Positions 1-14,100 of a stretch of 64,000 nt of DNA are shown here, one piece after another. The notes under the pieces are model-generated. The model saw only the letters and a list, made by a program, of their open reading frames with translations. It was not told the origin of the DNA and searched no databases. Position 1 is the stretch's first letter; each line of letters begins with the position of its first letter. Both the position numbers and the translations under genes were made by a program. This DNA is from Phaeosaccion multiseriatum (lineage: Eukaryota; Protista; Ochrophyta, other classes), in the NCBI GenBank assembly GCA_965112735.1, contig OZ218960.1:2976001-3040000 (forward strand), read 5' to 3'.

Positions 1-775
1 AGCACATAGCTGTCGTCGCTGCAGGCGTATGGGCAGACGGGTAGGAGGTTGAGAGGCAGGACGGACGGACGGACGGACGGAGGGAGGAAGATAAGAGGCA
101 TGTTGGTGCGCAGGTAGGCAGGGAAGGATGAGGATGGGACGGGAGGGTGTGTGAATGTGTGTACTTGTGCTCCCCCGCCCCCTTCCTTCCTTCCCTCCCC
201 CACAGTAGATCGAAGGCCCTATATGGCACTCACGTGCTGCCACTGCCCCTGGTCCGAGCCAGGTGCTGCACGTCGAGGAGAGCGACGGTGCAGCTGTCGT
301 TGGGCCGCGCCCCTGCCAGCACCACCGCCAGCACCCGCTGGGCTGGGTGCCACGACATCAGGGCGGAGGAGGAGCCAGTTGCAGCAGGGGTGGGAGAAGG
401 GTTCGGGGGTGGCCTGGGGGGAGAGGGGGGGTGTGGGTGGGGGGAGGGAGGGGAAGAGAAGGGGGGTGAGAGGCAAGCTTGCGCTGGGGAAAGGCGACTT
501 GTCTGTTCGCCCCCTTTTGTTGTTGCATACCCTCCGCTTAGAAGACTCCAGCCCTTGCGAAGGGCGGTGGACACCCAACCCCCTCCACCTCCTCGTCCAG
601 GGCCCTCCTCAGGGAGATTCTCCAGCTCCTCGTCCTCCTGCTGCAGCGAGAGGTCGCCTCCATCGTCCTCCTCGCAGACCTGCGCCAAGATCTGGCGCCA
701 AGGGATGGCAAAACTTGTCAACACTTGGCCTCGCCCGCTCCCCTCGCTACGCGTTCGGTTGCCGTACGGAGCCAT
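1..775 (-). CDS. 5' part of a WD40-repeat protein, possibly aladin (AAAS)-like; continues off the window edge
   Basis: ATG at 775; exons 775-531, 413-234, 18-<1 join in frame through phase-2 GT-AG introns. The peptide SWHPAQRVLAVVLAG...TVALLDV resembles the first aladin blade (AWHPH..KFAVAL); this is recalled similarity only. Confidence 0.5.
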
Positions 776-1074
776 GGTTGCTGTCACCTACACCAGACGC
801 CAACTGGCATGGCTTCACCGTACAGATAGGAGCTGTGACACTAGAGAGAGAGAGAGAGAGAGAGAATCGAGAAAGAGGGGAGAGAAATGGGAAAGAGGGA
901 AATTTTAAGTATGCGACCATCCCAGCCGTGGAAACCACTTTCCCGCGTATCAACGATTGATGCGACGCGCCATTACCCCTGAGTGGACGTCCAAGCTCTA
1001 AGCAATCGAGTGGCCCACCACACAACAACACAACCACAGCCTCTCGTTTATTTATCAACACTACGGCAGTAAGG

Positions 1075-1962
1075 ATGGGAAGGACAAAGAAGGCCGGGAA
1101 GGCTGGGGCAAAGGGGAAGAAGGGAGAGGAGGAGGAGACAGTGGAAGAGACAATGGTAGAGGAGGTGGTGGTGGAGGAGGAGAAGACGGAGAAGAAGAAG
1201 AAGAAGACCAAGAAGGACAAGAAATCCAAGAAGAAGGAGGAGTCTGAGGAGGAGGAGGAGGAGAAGGAGAAGGAGGAGGAGGAAGAGGCCGACGAGGAGG
1301 AGGCGGACGCGGACGAGGAGGAGAAGGGTAGCGACAAGGAGGGCGAGGACGACGAGGAGGAGGAGGAGGAAGAGGAGGAGGACAAGGAAAAGGAGGACGA
1401 CAGCAAGAAGCGCAAGCACGACGAGGTGGAGGAGGAAGGCGACGCCGCCGAGGAGGGCGGAGAGGCCGGGGACATCAACCTGACCTGCATGGAGTGCAAC
1501 GGAGGCTTTGTATTTTCCAAGCTGGAACAGGACTTCTACGAGGAGAAGGGATTCGAGGGACAGCCTAAGCGATGCAAGGAGTGCCGCGCCGCCAAGAAGG
1601 CCCGCTTCAACGAGCAGGGGGGAAGGGGAGGGGGGAACCCATGCTACGCCTTCCAGAAGGGAGAGTGCAACAGGGGCGACAGCTGCAGATTCTCGCACGG
1701 CGGAGGAGGAGGCGGGGGAGGAGGATACGGAGGAGGAGGATATGGTGGGGGGGGGGGGCGAGGCGGAGGAGGGGTGTGCTTCGCCTTCCAGAAGGGGGAG
1801 TGCAACAGGGGTGACAGCTGCAGGTTCTCGCACAGCGGAGGAGGAGGCGGCGGGGGAGGAGGATACGACGGGGGAGGAGGGGGAGGAGGGGGCCGAGGAG
1901 CGTGCTTCGCCTTCCAGAAGGGAGAGTGCAACAGAGGCGACAGCTGCAGATTCTCGCACTAG
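1075..1962 (+). CDS. Intronless protein: K/E-rich N-terminus, zf-trcl-like zinc ribbon, three CCCH zinc fingers separated by RGG/GGY linkers
   Basis: 295-aa ORF from ATG to TAG. Zinc ribbon: LTCMECNGGFVFSKLEQDFYEEKGFEGQPKRCKECR. Three near-identical C-x7-C-x5-C-x3-H fingers, C(Y/F)AFQKGECNRGDSCRFSH. Confidence 0.88.
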   Translation: MGRTKKAGKAGAKGKKGEEEETVEETMVEEVVVEEEKTEKKKKKTKKDKKSKKKEESEEEEEEKEKEEEEEADEEEADADEEEKGSDKEGEDDEEEEEEEEEDKEKEDDSKKRKHDEVEEEGDAAEEGGEAGDINLTCMECNGGFVFSKLEQDFYEEKGFEGQPKRCKECRAAKKARFNEQGGRGGGNPCYAFQKGECNRGDSCRFSHGGGGGGGGGYGGGGYGGGGGRGGGGVCFAFQKGECNRGDSCRFSHSGGGGGGGGGYDGGGGGGGGRGACFAFQKGECNRGDSCRFSH

Positions 1963-2667
1963 AGACGACCCGGAGCGAAGGAGCAAGGGCCGCAAGAACG
2001 ACAACGACACTGCTGCTGTTGTTGGAGGAACAGCACCGGCGGGGGCGGCGGCGGGGGAGAGACAGGACACGGTCAGACGGGCATCCACCTACCACACCTT
2101 CCTACCACCTGCTGGAGCCGACAGATGGACGGACGGAGGGATGGACCATTGGACATACGGAGGCGACGCGGCATGGTGAAATACATCCAGCGGCTGAGAG
2201 CGTCCGGTGCGCGGCAGCGGGAGGGTGTGGGTATGGTGTGGTGTCAGGGTTAGCTTGGGTCGGCAAGGGTTGGGTTGTCTTGCAATGACTTCGCGCAGTG
2301 CCAGGCCAGTGAAGTGAGGGAGGTGGTGCCAGTCGTTGTGGTAAGAAGAAGTAGCAATAGTATTAGTCGTAGTAGAAGGGGGGGGGGGCATTGCTGGGGT
2401 GTCGACACTCTCTGTTAGTGTCGAGTGGTGTTGGTTCGAAAGAGAAAGAGTTCCAAAGGAGGGTACGGTACACACACACACACATAAGGTAAGCCCGTAG
2501 GAGACAAGAGGAGACGTAGGGGCAAGGGAGGGAAGGCAGGCAGGCAGGTAGGTGCGTAGAGTGAGGGTTTGGGGAGAGAGGGCCTGCATCGTGACTTGAC
2601 TGGGGTGCCATGGATAGGCAAGGACAACGTGAATGGATTTTTGGTTATTCTGTCCTAACTGCCCACT

Positions 2668-2699
<32 letters not shown>

Positions 2700-3625
2700 G
2701 ACTGCCTTGCCTGAAAACCGACCGAGGGGGTTGAAAAGGAAAGAAAGGGAAAAGGCAAGGAGAAGGGGTCTGAAATGAAATGAAAGTGAACAAAGTGATG
2801 GAGGTGAAGAGTCCGGTCCCACCTCACAGTGGTGTTGTGGTGTGGGTTGGCGAAGAGTGGCGATTGTAGTCATGAATGACCAACTGACCAACAACACCAC
2901 AAGGCAAAGGAAAGAAGCAAGGCAGTCAACAACGATATCGAGTTGTTTTCTGTCTTTTGCTCACTAAAGGAATAACAGCACACAAATGAAACTGAAACTG
3001 AAACTGCACGCATGGGATGGTGGCACATGTACGAAGTGGGACAGGGCGGCAGGAAGGGGAAGGGGGACTCGTGCTTGCATCTTTATCAGTCGTAAAGTGT
3101 ATTTTCCGTTAGTCACTCGTTGAGATACACATACATGTAAGGCCACCACTCTAACTTCTCTATATCATCTCGTTTCGAATTGGAGCAGCAAGCAAAGCGC
3201 CCAACTGTACGTGTTCCTTCTTCTGGACATGACCGCCAGTTGTGAGTGGACGCTGCTCCGCCCTCTCTTTTTGGTGCAGTCTCCAAGTGCTCCATCCATT
3301 GCCATCCATTGTCATCTATTGCCATCCATTGCCATCCACTACCATCTATAGTCCTCCTCCTCTGCTGCTGCCCAAGATCTGTGAGTCAAGTGCTCCACTC
3401 CCGTCGCCCCCCCCGGGGAGACAGAGGGCAAGGGAAGGGGGGGGGGCTGGCTAAGGGCGGAAGGAAGGACAACCCCCTTGACAGTTACACTTTTACAGTT
3501 ATACGATGGCCCCTCCCCTCTTCCCGACAAAAGAAGGTCCAAGCATGCCTCCTCCCCCTTCCCCCGTCTCCTCCTCCTCCTCCTCCTCCTCCTCCTCCTC
3601 CTCCTCCTCCTCCTCCTCCTCCTCC

Positions 3626-3660
<35 letters not shown>

Positions 3661-3764
3661 CTCAGCCTCCTTGGACCCTCCCACTCGCCACGAACGAGCG
3701 GAGAGGACACCCTCTTTGGTCACCATCACTCATCACTCATCACTCATCACTCATCACTCATCAC

Positions 3765-3865
3765 TCACTGCCGTGACGACCCATTGTAGTAGGGCTGTTG
3801 GGGTTGCCCCGGGGCCGTCGGAGGGAGAGGCGGATACTGCTGCTGCTGCTGCTGCTGCCCATATG

Positions 3866-3900
<35 letters not shown>

Positions 3901-4083
3901 GCCTGCCCTGGGTACCCACCGGGGGCGCCGTAGCCCGGCCCCGAGGGGGGGAGCGGGGGCTGGAACCCGGGGGGCAGCGGTGGAGCCATTCGACCGCGCG
4001 TATTGTCCGAAGGCGGCAGAGGGGGCTGCTGCTGCTGCTGCTGCTGCTGCTGCGGGTAGGCGCCGTAGTAACCCTGCTGCTGC

Positions 4084-4116
<33 letters not shown>

Positions 4117-7100
4117 GGCTGGTGGTGAGGCGGTAGGCCGGGGGGCAGCGGGGCTTGGTACTGTTGTTGCTGGTAGAGCTGCTGCTGCTGCGGTGGCGGT
4201 GGCGGCTGGCGGGACTGGAGGTGACGAGAGCCCTGCTTGCCCTGACGGGAGCTGCTGCTGCGGCTGTGGGCTCGGCTGCTGGTGGACCCCGCGTGGCTAC
4301 TGTGACTGCGTTGGCTGCAAGTCTTCTTGAAGTCCGCAAGGAGCAGGCGGAGGCTGAGCAGTTGGTTGTTCAGGTGGAGCAGTTGGTTGTTCAGGTGGAG
4401 ATGGGAGGCGGATGGGGAGGGCAGGACAGAGGAAATTTAGACTAGAGGTGTTGGGGAGGGGTGGCAGTACATAGCAGTGGATGGCAGTGGATGGCTGAGC
4501 CGTCAGGTGGCGGCGGGGTAGGGGGGACGGTAGTGCATGGCGGTGAAAGCATGTGAAAGGAGGCGCCCTTCCCCCTCCTCCTCCCTCACCTTGGCAGGAC
4601 TTTGTCTCTGTATAAAAAGCCGTCCCCTGTGAGCTGCACCGTCTCTCTTTTAACAGTCTGACTGCCCGGCACATAGCTGATGAACAAGCAGCCGCTCCGC
4701 TTGGAGGCGTGTATGTAGTAGGGGATCGCTTGGGGGCTCTTGGCCTTGTCGGCAAGGAGCTGCTTGTGAACACCCTCCTGCACAACTCAAAGGAGGGAGG
4801 GAGGGAGTGAATGAGCCAGTGAGTCAAAAAAGTGATGAGTGAGTGAGTGAGTGAGTGAGTGAGTGAGTGAGTGAGTGAGTGAGTGAAGTGAGTTGAGTGG
4901 GTGGGTGGGTGGGTGGGTGGGTGACTGAGTGAGGGGAAGTGAGTGAGTCCACCATAAAGACTTAACTTCGTCCTTCACTCGCCAGCATGCATATAGACCA
5001 ACCCGGACAAGAAAATTTCAATGATGATATGATGATCTACTACTAAACAAAAACGCAACCCGAAACTGTCAACTGAAACTCAACCTGAAACCGTCAACTC
5101 ACCTGAGCGGCGCTGTGATACTTGGGCGATGCGAGCACCTCCTTGACAAGGTCGTTACACGGCGACACGAAGCGCGACAAAAGCTCATCAAGGTCCTCGT
5201 ACTCCTCACCCTTCATCTGCAGACGACCGCCCTGTTCGTTGGAGGGATGGCAGTGGATGGAGAGAGGAGAGGGAGGAGGGGTGGATGGGGGGAGGGACGG
5301 GGGGCACGGGGACGGGGTGGCGTCAAGGAGGAGGGAGAGGGAAACATGTGGCAGCGGGTGGAGACAGAGGGGAAAAGGTTCCGCGCTGTTGTTGTTGTTA
5401 TGTGCGTGTGGGTGTGTGGGTGTGTCTGTGACACCCGAAAAGGTTTCAAAAGTCTGCACAAGTGCAGTACGAGGTACGTCAACACAAACCGAAACTCTAC
5501 ACCCCCATACCCCAAGCTCCAAACGCACGCACGCGCTCACGCACCCACGCATTCACTCACTCACACACTCACTCACTCACTTGCTCACTCACTCACTCAC
5601 TCACTCCCTCCCTCACTCACTCCCTCACTCACTCACTCGTTCACTCACTCACTTACTCACTCACTCCCTCACTCACTCACGCACTCGCTCACTCACTCAC
5701 TCACTCACTCCCTCCCTCACACACTCACTCACTTGCTCACTCACTCACCCACTCACTCACTCACTCACTCACTCACTCACCCACCAACTCACTCACTCAC
5801 TCACTCCCTCACTCACTCCCTCCCTCACACACTCACTCACTCACTCACCCACTCACTCACTCACTCACTCACTCTCACACTCACTCACTCACTCCCTCAC
5901 TCACTCACTCAATCCCTCACTCACTCACTCACTCACTCCCTCACTCACTCACTCACTCACTCCCTCACTCACTCACTTACTCCCTCACTCACTCACTTAC
6001 TCACTCACTCACTCACTCTCTTACTCACTCACTCACTCTCTTACTTACTCACTCCCTACTCCCTCCCTCCCTCCCTCCCTCCCTCCCTCCCTCCCTTACC
6101 AGCAGATGTGGGTTGGACGGCTTGTCGAGCTCTTGAATGTCAATGTGCACAAAGCTGTCCTTCATCCACAGCCAAGTCAGACTCAGCCTGTCCGCCCCCT
6201 TGGACGAGGGCCTCACTAACGCCGCTCCAAAGGCATCGGGGTCCACGCGTTGCTTCAAGAGCAGCGCCTCCGCATCGCTGTACTGCAGATTCTGTAGGAG
6301 AGCAGTTTCAGGGGGTTGTAAGGAGTTTCGGGAGGAGGGGGGGGGTGTAGGGGGTTTCGGGGGGGGGGGGGGGGGGGTACAAGTTTGAGCACGCACATCC
6401 ACTTACACACACGGCTCTCTCTCTGTCTCTCTCTGTCTCCCTCTCCCTCCCTCTCCATATCCCTTTCTCTCTCTCTCCTCTCCCTCCCTCCTCCTCCCCC
6501 CCCCCTCTCTCTCTTCCCCTCCTCACCTCGAAGTTGGGATGCTTGACGTTCCTGGGCACCAAGCCCTTCGTGCTTCTCACTCCCGTGCCGTCCGCCATCC
6601 GTGCCTCCGCCGTGGCCTTCTCCATGTCTGCCATCCTCTTGGTCAGCGCCTGTCGTGTCATGTCAGGGTGTGCGGTGAGGGAAGGGGGGAAGGCAGCAGA
6701 AGGCCACAGGAAGACAAGCCAAAAGCAACGGGGGACTCCGGGTCAGTCTCTCTTCTACCATACCTCTCGGTCTCGGTCCCCCCCTCCCTCCCTTCCTCCC
6801 TCCCTCCCTCCCCCCCTCCCTCCCCCCCTCACCACCTCCCTTCGCTCTCTCCCTCCCTCCCTCTCTCCCCCCCTCCCTCCCTCCCTCCCTCTCTCCCCCC
6901 CTCCCTCCCTTCCTCCCTCCCTTTCTCGCTCCCCCCCTCCCCCCCTCCCTCCCTCCCTTCCCTCCCTCCCTCCCTCCCTCCCTCCCACTGACCTCTCTGT
7001 ACATTTGCCTGGCCGATTGATCGTCAAAGCAGTGGTCCAGGGGAGGCATCCCTGCCGGCCGCTGCCATCTCTCTCCCCACCTCTGCGGCTCAGGCACGAG

Positions 7101-8410
7101 GTCGCTTTGCTTCAATGATACGAGCGTTTCGAAGCGTGCCTCTCGCACCTCGAGTATCACACCCTCCACCACCTGCATGCATGGATGGGGGCAGACAGAC
7201 AGGCAGACAGGCAGGTGTACGGGCATGCAGGCAGGCAGGCATTGGTTGATACGGCCAGGGTGGGGGGGGGGGGGGAGAGACAGTGTGTAGTGTGTGTGTG
7301 TTGTGTGTGTCAGTAAGGATTTTCCTTGGAAACAACATGAGGAAGGTGAGGAAATGCACCCCTTCTCTCCTTCCCCTGTCTTCCTCCCTACCCCTTCCTC
7401 CCCCTCTCACCTTGCCCCTGGGAAAGAGCACTTTGAGCTCCTCGGGATCCACTCTCTCCTGGTAATGTTGGTGCTCCTGCTGGTTGACGTCCAGCGCATC
7501 CTCCGCCTTGACAAAGGCCCATATGCCTCCACATCCCTCCAGCACCCCCTTCACCCCTCCCCGATTCACTTCATTCACGCGCACCGTCACCTGATAGGGA
7601 GGGGGGTGCAACGAAGCAATGCTTAAGCCTCCTTTAAGGCATTCCTACCCGTCCTGACACCCCCTACCCGTCCTGACACCCCCTACCCGTCCTGACACCC
7701 CCTACCCGTCCTGACACCCCCTTCCCGTCCTGACACCCCCTACCCGTCCTGACACCCCCTACCCGTCCTGACACCCCCTACCCGTCCTGACACCCCCTAC
7801 CCGTCCTGACACCCCCTTCCCGTCCTGACACCCCCTACCCGTCCTGACACCCCCTACCCGTCCTGACACCCCCTACCCGTCCTGACACCCCCTACCCGTC
7901 CTGACACCCCCTACCCGTCCTGACACCCCCTACCCGTCCTGACACCCCCTACCCGTCCTGACACCCCCTTCCCGTCCTGACACCCCCTACCCGTCCTGAC
8001 ACCCCCTACCCGTCCTGACACCCCCTACCCGTCCTGACACCCCCTACCCGTCCTGACACCCCCCTCACGGCTCTGACCTTCATTCCGCTGCGCAGTGTGT
8101 TCCGCGATTCTCCCGTGATCCATTCAAACAGCTCCACCTGTAGAGACAGCAAGGGTGAGGGAAGGGGGGTGTCAATTTGAAACTCACGCTGCCACTGCCA
8201 CTGCCTTCCATTTTCTCTCAATTTCTCTTCGCTCTGTCTGCCCTTGTCCTCTTCTCCTGTCGCACTCACTCACTCACCTCCGATGGCCCTGAGTAAGGCC
8301 TTCTCCTGTCCAGAAAGGGGAAGCGAATCTCTTGCTTGATGGTCTCGAGCTGCAGCTGTCTCTTGCCCTGCCCCTGCCGCTCGAGCTCCTGTCATAACAG
8401 AGAGCAGCGT

Positions 8411-8453
<43 letters not shown>

Positions 8454-9035
8454 GGGAGCGTGGGTGAGTGAGTGACGGTGCGTGGGTGGGTGAGGGTGGG
8501 GTGAGTGTGGGCGTGTGTGTGAGTGTGCGTGTGGGTGAGTGGGTGTGTGGGCGAATGAGTGAGTGAGTAAGTAGTGCGTGAGTGAGTGAGTGAGTGTGTG
8601 TGTGGGTGAGTGAGGGAGTGCGGGAGGGAGGGAGTGAGTGAGCGAGTGGGGAAGTGAGGTAAGTGAGTGAGGGAGTGAGTGAGTGACTGTGGGTGAGTGA
8701 GGTAAGTGAGGTAGTGAGTGAGGTAGTGAGTGAGGGAGTGGGTGAGAGAGTGGGTGAGGGTGGGTGAGTGAGGCAGTGAGCGAGGTAGTGAGTAAGTAAG
8801 AGAGTGATTGAGTCATGAAGTGGGCGAGTGGTGGAGTGTGTGGGGAACGGCGAAACGGCGGCGACGGCGTAACAGCCTACACTGTACCTGCGCGTAGAGC
8901 GAGAGGTCGAGGTCGTAGAGCTTGTCCTCGAGCTCGGGGCCCGAGTCGGGGTGCCAATCGATGGCAGCAGCACCTGGGGGGGGGGGGAGTACGAGGAGTG
9001 GATCAGAGGCAGAGGGACACAGAAAGCAAGAGGTG

Positions 9036-9088
<53 letters not shown>

Positions 9089-9879
9089 GGAGTCACTCTT
9101 TCCTGCGGTACATGTGCTCTACCCACTCTCACGTAAGGTAGGAACTCTTACGAAAGGTATGAGCAGATATCATCGACACTCTACATCTCTACCCCCTGCC
9201 ATCTGTGACTCAATGCACGAACTGCCGAACTGCTGCCGTTACCTGTGGCCTTGAGCATAACCTTGAGAGCACTCTCCGCCTCGTCCATGATGCTCTTCAC
9301 CACGCCTACATACTCATCAAGGTCGTTCTCCACCTCCAGGGCATTGGCACACATCTTGGGGGCCCACTCGTGCTTCACGTAGCACTCCGGGTGGATGCGC
9401 ATGGAGTCGAAGGGGTTGAGGGACTGGAGGGAGGAGAGGAGGGGGGGAGGGGAGGGAAGGGAGGGGTAGGGAGAGAGTGGGAGTGGGAGACAGAGTGCGA
9501 GGGAGAGAGAGAGAGAGAGAGAGTGAGAGAGAGGGAGGGATAACATATACCATCAGTTTCTAACCTGGCTCCAGCATCAAGCATCTCCACCCCACCCACC
9601 CAACTCACTCACCAGGTCCCTGTCCTCCAAGCGGCTGCCCCTCCCCCCAATCCTAAGGAAGGACGCGGCGTTGTCGAACACCGAAGTGCCGAGCAGCTTG
9701 TGCGTGAGGAGCTGCTGCCGCTCGGTGATGCCCCCGGCCACCTGCTGCACGCCGTGACGGAGGGCGGCGGCCTTCTTGGGCCCCAGACCCCCAACAAACT
9801 GCAGCAAGCCTGCAGGGGTGGGGGTGGGAGGGCAGTGGGTGTCAAGCGTATGTGAGTATGTGTGCGCGTGTGTGTGTGC

Positions 9880-9916
<37 letters not shown>

Positions 9917-11155
9917 TGTCCATCTGTGGTGCTCCCTCTGTTGCCCTTCCTCTCCCCCCTCCTGCTTACCCTTGAGGTGTGTAAACTCCACGGCGCTGGC
10001 CAGATCAACCCCCCTGTCATTCACCGCGTCCACAAGGCGTTGCTCATACACACGCAGCAAGGAAGACTTTGACACCTCGGCCTGAGGGATGGCAGCGGAG
10101 AGGAGGGGAGAGGAACCGAGTGAGTGAGTGATTGAGCGAGTGAGTGAGTGAGTGAGTGAGTGAGTGAGTGAGTGAGTCGGGTGACCGCAAATGCCCCCGC
10201 CTACCTGCGACACTGACTGTGACCGCTGACTGCCTCACTTGACTTCCTTCCTTCCTTCCTGACTAACTTAACTCCCTGACTGACTTATTGACTTATTGAC
10301 TTCCTGGACACAGTGACTTGTGACTGACGGACCGGACCGGACCCATTGACTTACTGGCCCCCCACTGCCTGCCTGCCTGCCTGCCTGTCTGCCTGACCGC
10401 CTGACCAACGTACCTGCAATTCATGCAGGCTGAGGTAGAGCATCTCCCCCCCGAAGGTGTTGGTGCTGTCCATATGCGTCCACAACCCGCAGTACTCCGC
10501 CAGGGGCTCCTGCGCCATGCGGCCCAGGCTGATGGCCTGAGGAGCATCCCGGATGGCAGCGGATGGATGGTAGAGGATGGTAGAGGATGGCAGTTTCAGC
10601 TCAGTTCCTTGACATGGGGGCAAATGTATGTACCTACTACGAATCTCGACATCGACACTACCCACCCAATCTCGATGACGACACACATTCTCTCCCTCCC
10701 CCCCCTTCACTCACCAGACGCAAGTTGACGTGATAGTCGGGCAGCTCCTGCTCCGCCCTCTTGCTGTGCGCAAACACCATGGACACGTCGTCCCGCATAA
10801 ACAACGAGCGGCATACCCACTCCTCCTCCTCCTCCTCCTCCTCGTTGAAGCCCAAGGAGTCGTTCTCATCTTCATCGGAGTCGTCGCTGTTGTAACCGCC
10901 GCCCCCCTTCCCGCCCCTCCGCCCCCCCCCGCCGCTGCGTTTGGTCTCTCGCCGCGAACGTCGCTCCTCGTATTCGCCTGGGTGGGCAGGTAATGGTGAG
11001 GAGGGAAGGAGATGCATAGGGAGGAAGAGAGGGAGAGGGAGGGGGAGGGAAGGAGGGAGGGAGGCCGGGACGAAGCGACGGAGGGGAATAAGGGGGGGGA
11101 GAGAGGGATGTAATAGCACGAGTCAGAGCGACGCGGACACGGACACGCACACGCG

Positions 11156-11191
<36 letters not shown>

Positions 11192-14100
11192 GTGCTAAGG
11201 CCGCCCTTCTCCTCTTTCTCTCCCTCCCACCCTCCCTCCCACCCTCCCTCCCCTCCCTTCCTTCACCCATTCTCCCCCCCCCCACCCCCACCCCCCGCTA
11301 CTCACGCAGGGCGTCAATGAGCAGGCCTGACTCGATGGGCGGTCCCGGCTGCCCTCCGTACTCGTCTGGAGGGGCCCTCCTGGTCTGGTGCAGGAGACGC
11401 CCCATGCTGCGAGAGTGTTGTCCTGCAGAGGTGTTGATCAGCACCACCAGGGGCTTGGCCTTATGGCAGTGGAGGGATGCATGCATGGCAGTGGATGGAT
11501 GGATGGCAGTGGATGGACGGGATGAGAGTGGGATGGATGGATGGCAGTGGATGGACGGGATGAGAGTGGGATGGATGGATGGCAGTGGATGGACGGGATG
11601 TAGAGTGGGATGGATGGATGGCAGTGGATGGCATGGCAGTGGATGGATGGATGGCAGTGGATGGATGGATGGATGACAAAGGGTGGGTAAGATGGCAGCA
11701 GAAGGATAAGAGGGGGCAAGGTGAGGGAGCTTGCTGTCGTAACATGGCAGCAGGACAGGTACAACCCCTTGAACATGACCAACAGACTGCTGCTGTAGCA
11801 CCAACCCCTGTACATTGCATGCCCCCCCCATGCATCACCCACCTGTATGAGGAAGTCCTTGAGTTTCCTCCGTAGCTGGTCCCTGTTGCCGGGCAGTGCC
11901 ATGTGGTCCTTCACCATCCCGTCAGGGTCCAAAGCCACACAGTAGGACGTGTCACGCGGCCCCTGATAAAGAGAGAGAGAGGGGGGGAGGGGGAAAGAGT
12001 GAGTGAATAATGACCTCTCACTCACTCCCTCCCTCCCTCAGGCACTCTCCTTCAAAAGCAAAGCTCCAAAAAAACATCACGCCGTTCGCTCAATCACTAC
12101 CACACTCACTCCCGCACCCCCTCACCCGCCCGCCCTCCCTCCCTCCTCCCTCAGTATCACCAACACACCCACCTGTGCCACCGCAATCGCCACCACCGGG
12201 AACTCTCCGTTGGTGGGATGCGTGAGCTGCAGGAAGCGCGACATGTGGAGGTCCGCGTAAGGGCCTACTTCGAGTCTACGCTGAAGGGCTGCGGAGGCCT
12301 GGGACACCACTTCCTCTCGCGCCTTCAGCCGCATCTGAGGAGGAGGAGGAGGAGGAGGAGGAGGAGGAGGAGGGGGAGGAGGAGGAGGGGGAGGATAAGG
12401 AGGGGGAGGATAAGGAGGGGGAGGATGAGGATGAGGAGGAGGAGGAGGAGGAGGACGAGGATGAGTAGGACGAGCATGAGGAGGACGAGGAAGTCGAGGA
12501 GGAGCAGGAGGAGGAGGAGCAGCAGCAGGAGGGGGGATGATGATGATGATGATGATGAAGATGATGATGAGGAGGAGGAGGAGGAGGAGGAGGAGGAGGA
12601 GGAGGAGGAGGAGGAGGAGGAGGAGGGACGAGGAAGAGGGAGCCGGGGAGGAGGACGATTGCCATCCATTGCCATCACCCCCCTCTCTCCACCATCCATT
12701 GCCATCCTCCTCCCACAGCTACGCTCCCAATCCACTGCCATCCCCTCTCGTCCACTGCCATCCATCCACTGCCATCCACTGCTCTCCATCCCCTCCCATC
12801 CTACCACTGCTCTCCATCCCCTCACCTCCTCCAGAAGCTCAGCCTGCAGGGAGGGCAGAAGCATATCCTCAAGGGCCTCATGCAAGATTTTGTCTCTCTG
12901 AAGGTCCCACGCCGCCTTGACATGAGGGGACACACCCTCACAGGATACGCCCTGTGTGTGTTGGTGATACACAGGGATGGACGCGAGGGAGGGAGGGAGG
13001 TGGGAGGGAGGGAGGGAGGGATGGATGGAGGGAGAGAGGGAGGAAGGAAAGGACGGAGGGAGAGAGGGAGGGAGGGAGGGAGGGATGGATGGAGGGAGAG
13101 AGGGAGGGAGGAAAGGATGGACGGAGGGAGAGAGGGAGGGAGGGAGGGAGGGAGGGAGGGAGGGGGGGAGGGAGGGAAGGAGGGAGGGAGGGAGGGAGGG
13201 GGGGAGGGAGGGAAAGAAGGAAGGAAGGAAGGAAGGAGGGAGGGAGAGAGGGAGGGAGGGAGGGAAGGAAGGAGGGAGGGAGGGAGGGAGGGAGGGAGGG
13301 AGGAGGGAGGGAGGGAGGGAGGAGAGAGGGAGGGTAGGGGGTAGGGAGGGAGGAAAGGGAGGAAGAGAGGGAGTAGGAGGTGGGATGGAAGGACGGGGGG
13401 AGGGAGGAGAGGGAGTAAGAGGAATGGAGGGAGCGAAGGGGGTAGGGGTGGACGCAATGGAGGGGAGGGGGGTGAAGGGAAGGGGGAGAGGGGGAGAGGG
13501 GGACAAGTCAAGATCAGCCGCGAGCCGCCAACACGTCCTCGGATTTCGATGCTACTCGATGTCAAGGTCCTCGATATAAAATATCGATGCGTCGTCGTAC
13601 CTGAGGGTTGAAAGTGGGCTCTAGCTCTCTCATAAACACACCAATGTCCAACTCGTACTGCTCTTCCTGCCCCCCCTCCTGACCGCCATAACCCCCGCCC
13701 GCCCCATCCACGCCGTCCACCCCTCCTCCCAGTCCCATGGCCAGGCCCAGGGCGGTGTGTGGGGAGGGCACGAGCCTCATTGGAGGGTGGAGAGTGTACG
13801 TCAGGAGGTCCTCTCGTTGCGCCTTGTCCAGCTTAAGCAGCATGGTGCCGTCGGACAGATCGGCCCTGTTGGGGGGTGAGGGGATGTGGTGAGGGGATGT
13901 GGGGAGGGAGGGAGGGAGGGAGGGAGGGAGGGTAGGGAGGCAACGGAAGACACACAGAGAGAGAGAGAGAGTAAGGACAACCCCACCTCAACCAACCCAA
14001 CCCCTACAGCATCCACTGCCATCCATCCACTGCGGTCATCCAATGCCATCCCCCCCCCCCCACCCCACCCCACCCCATCCACCTTCCCATCCACTGCCAT

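Noticed and set aside
5115-6350. Long ORFs of HSLT, PPSL, GGRE, YLPT or CVCV repeats (also 25043-25912, 31687-32691, 36083-38257)
   Set aside because: Translations of stop-free intronic microsatellites or antisense shadows of real exons; no protein-like content.
7644-8065. Possible CRISPR array (also considered for 27143-27480)
   Set aside because: Units are contiguous or separated only by microsatellite; no unique spacers, no cas genes, eukaryotic context.
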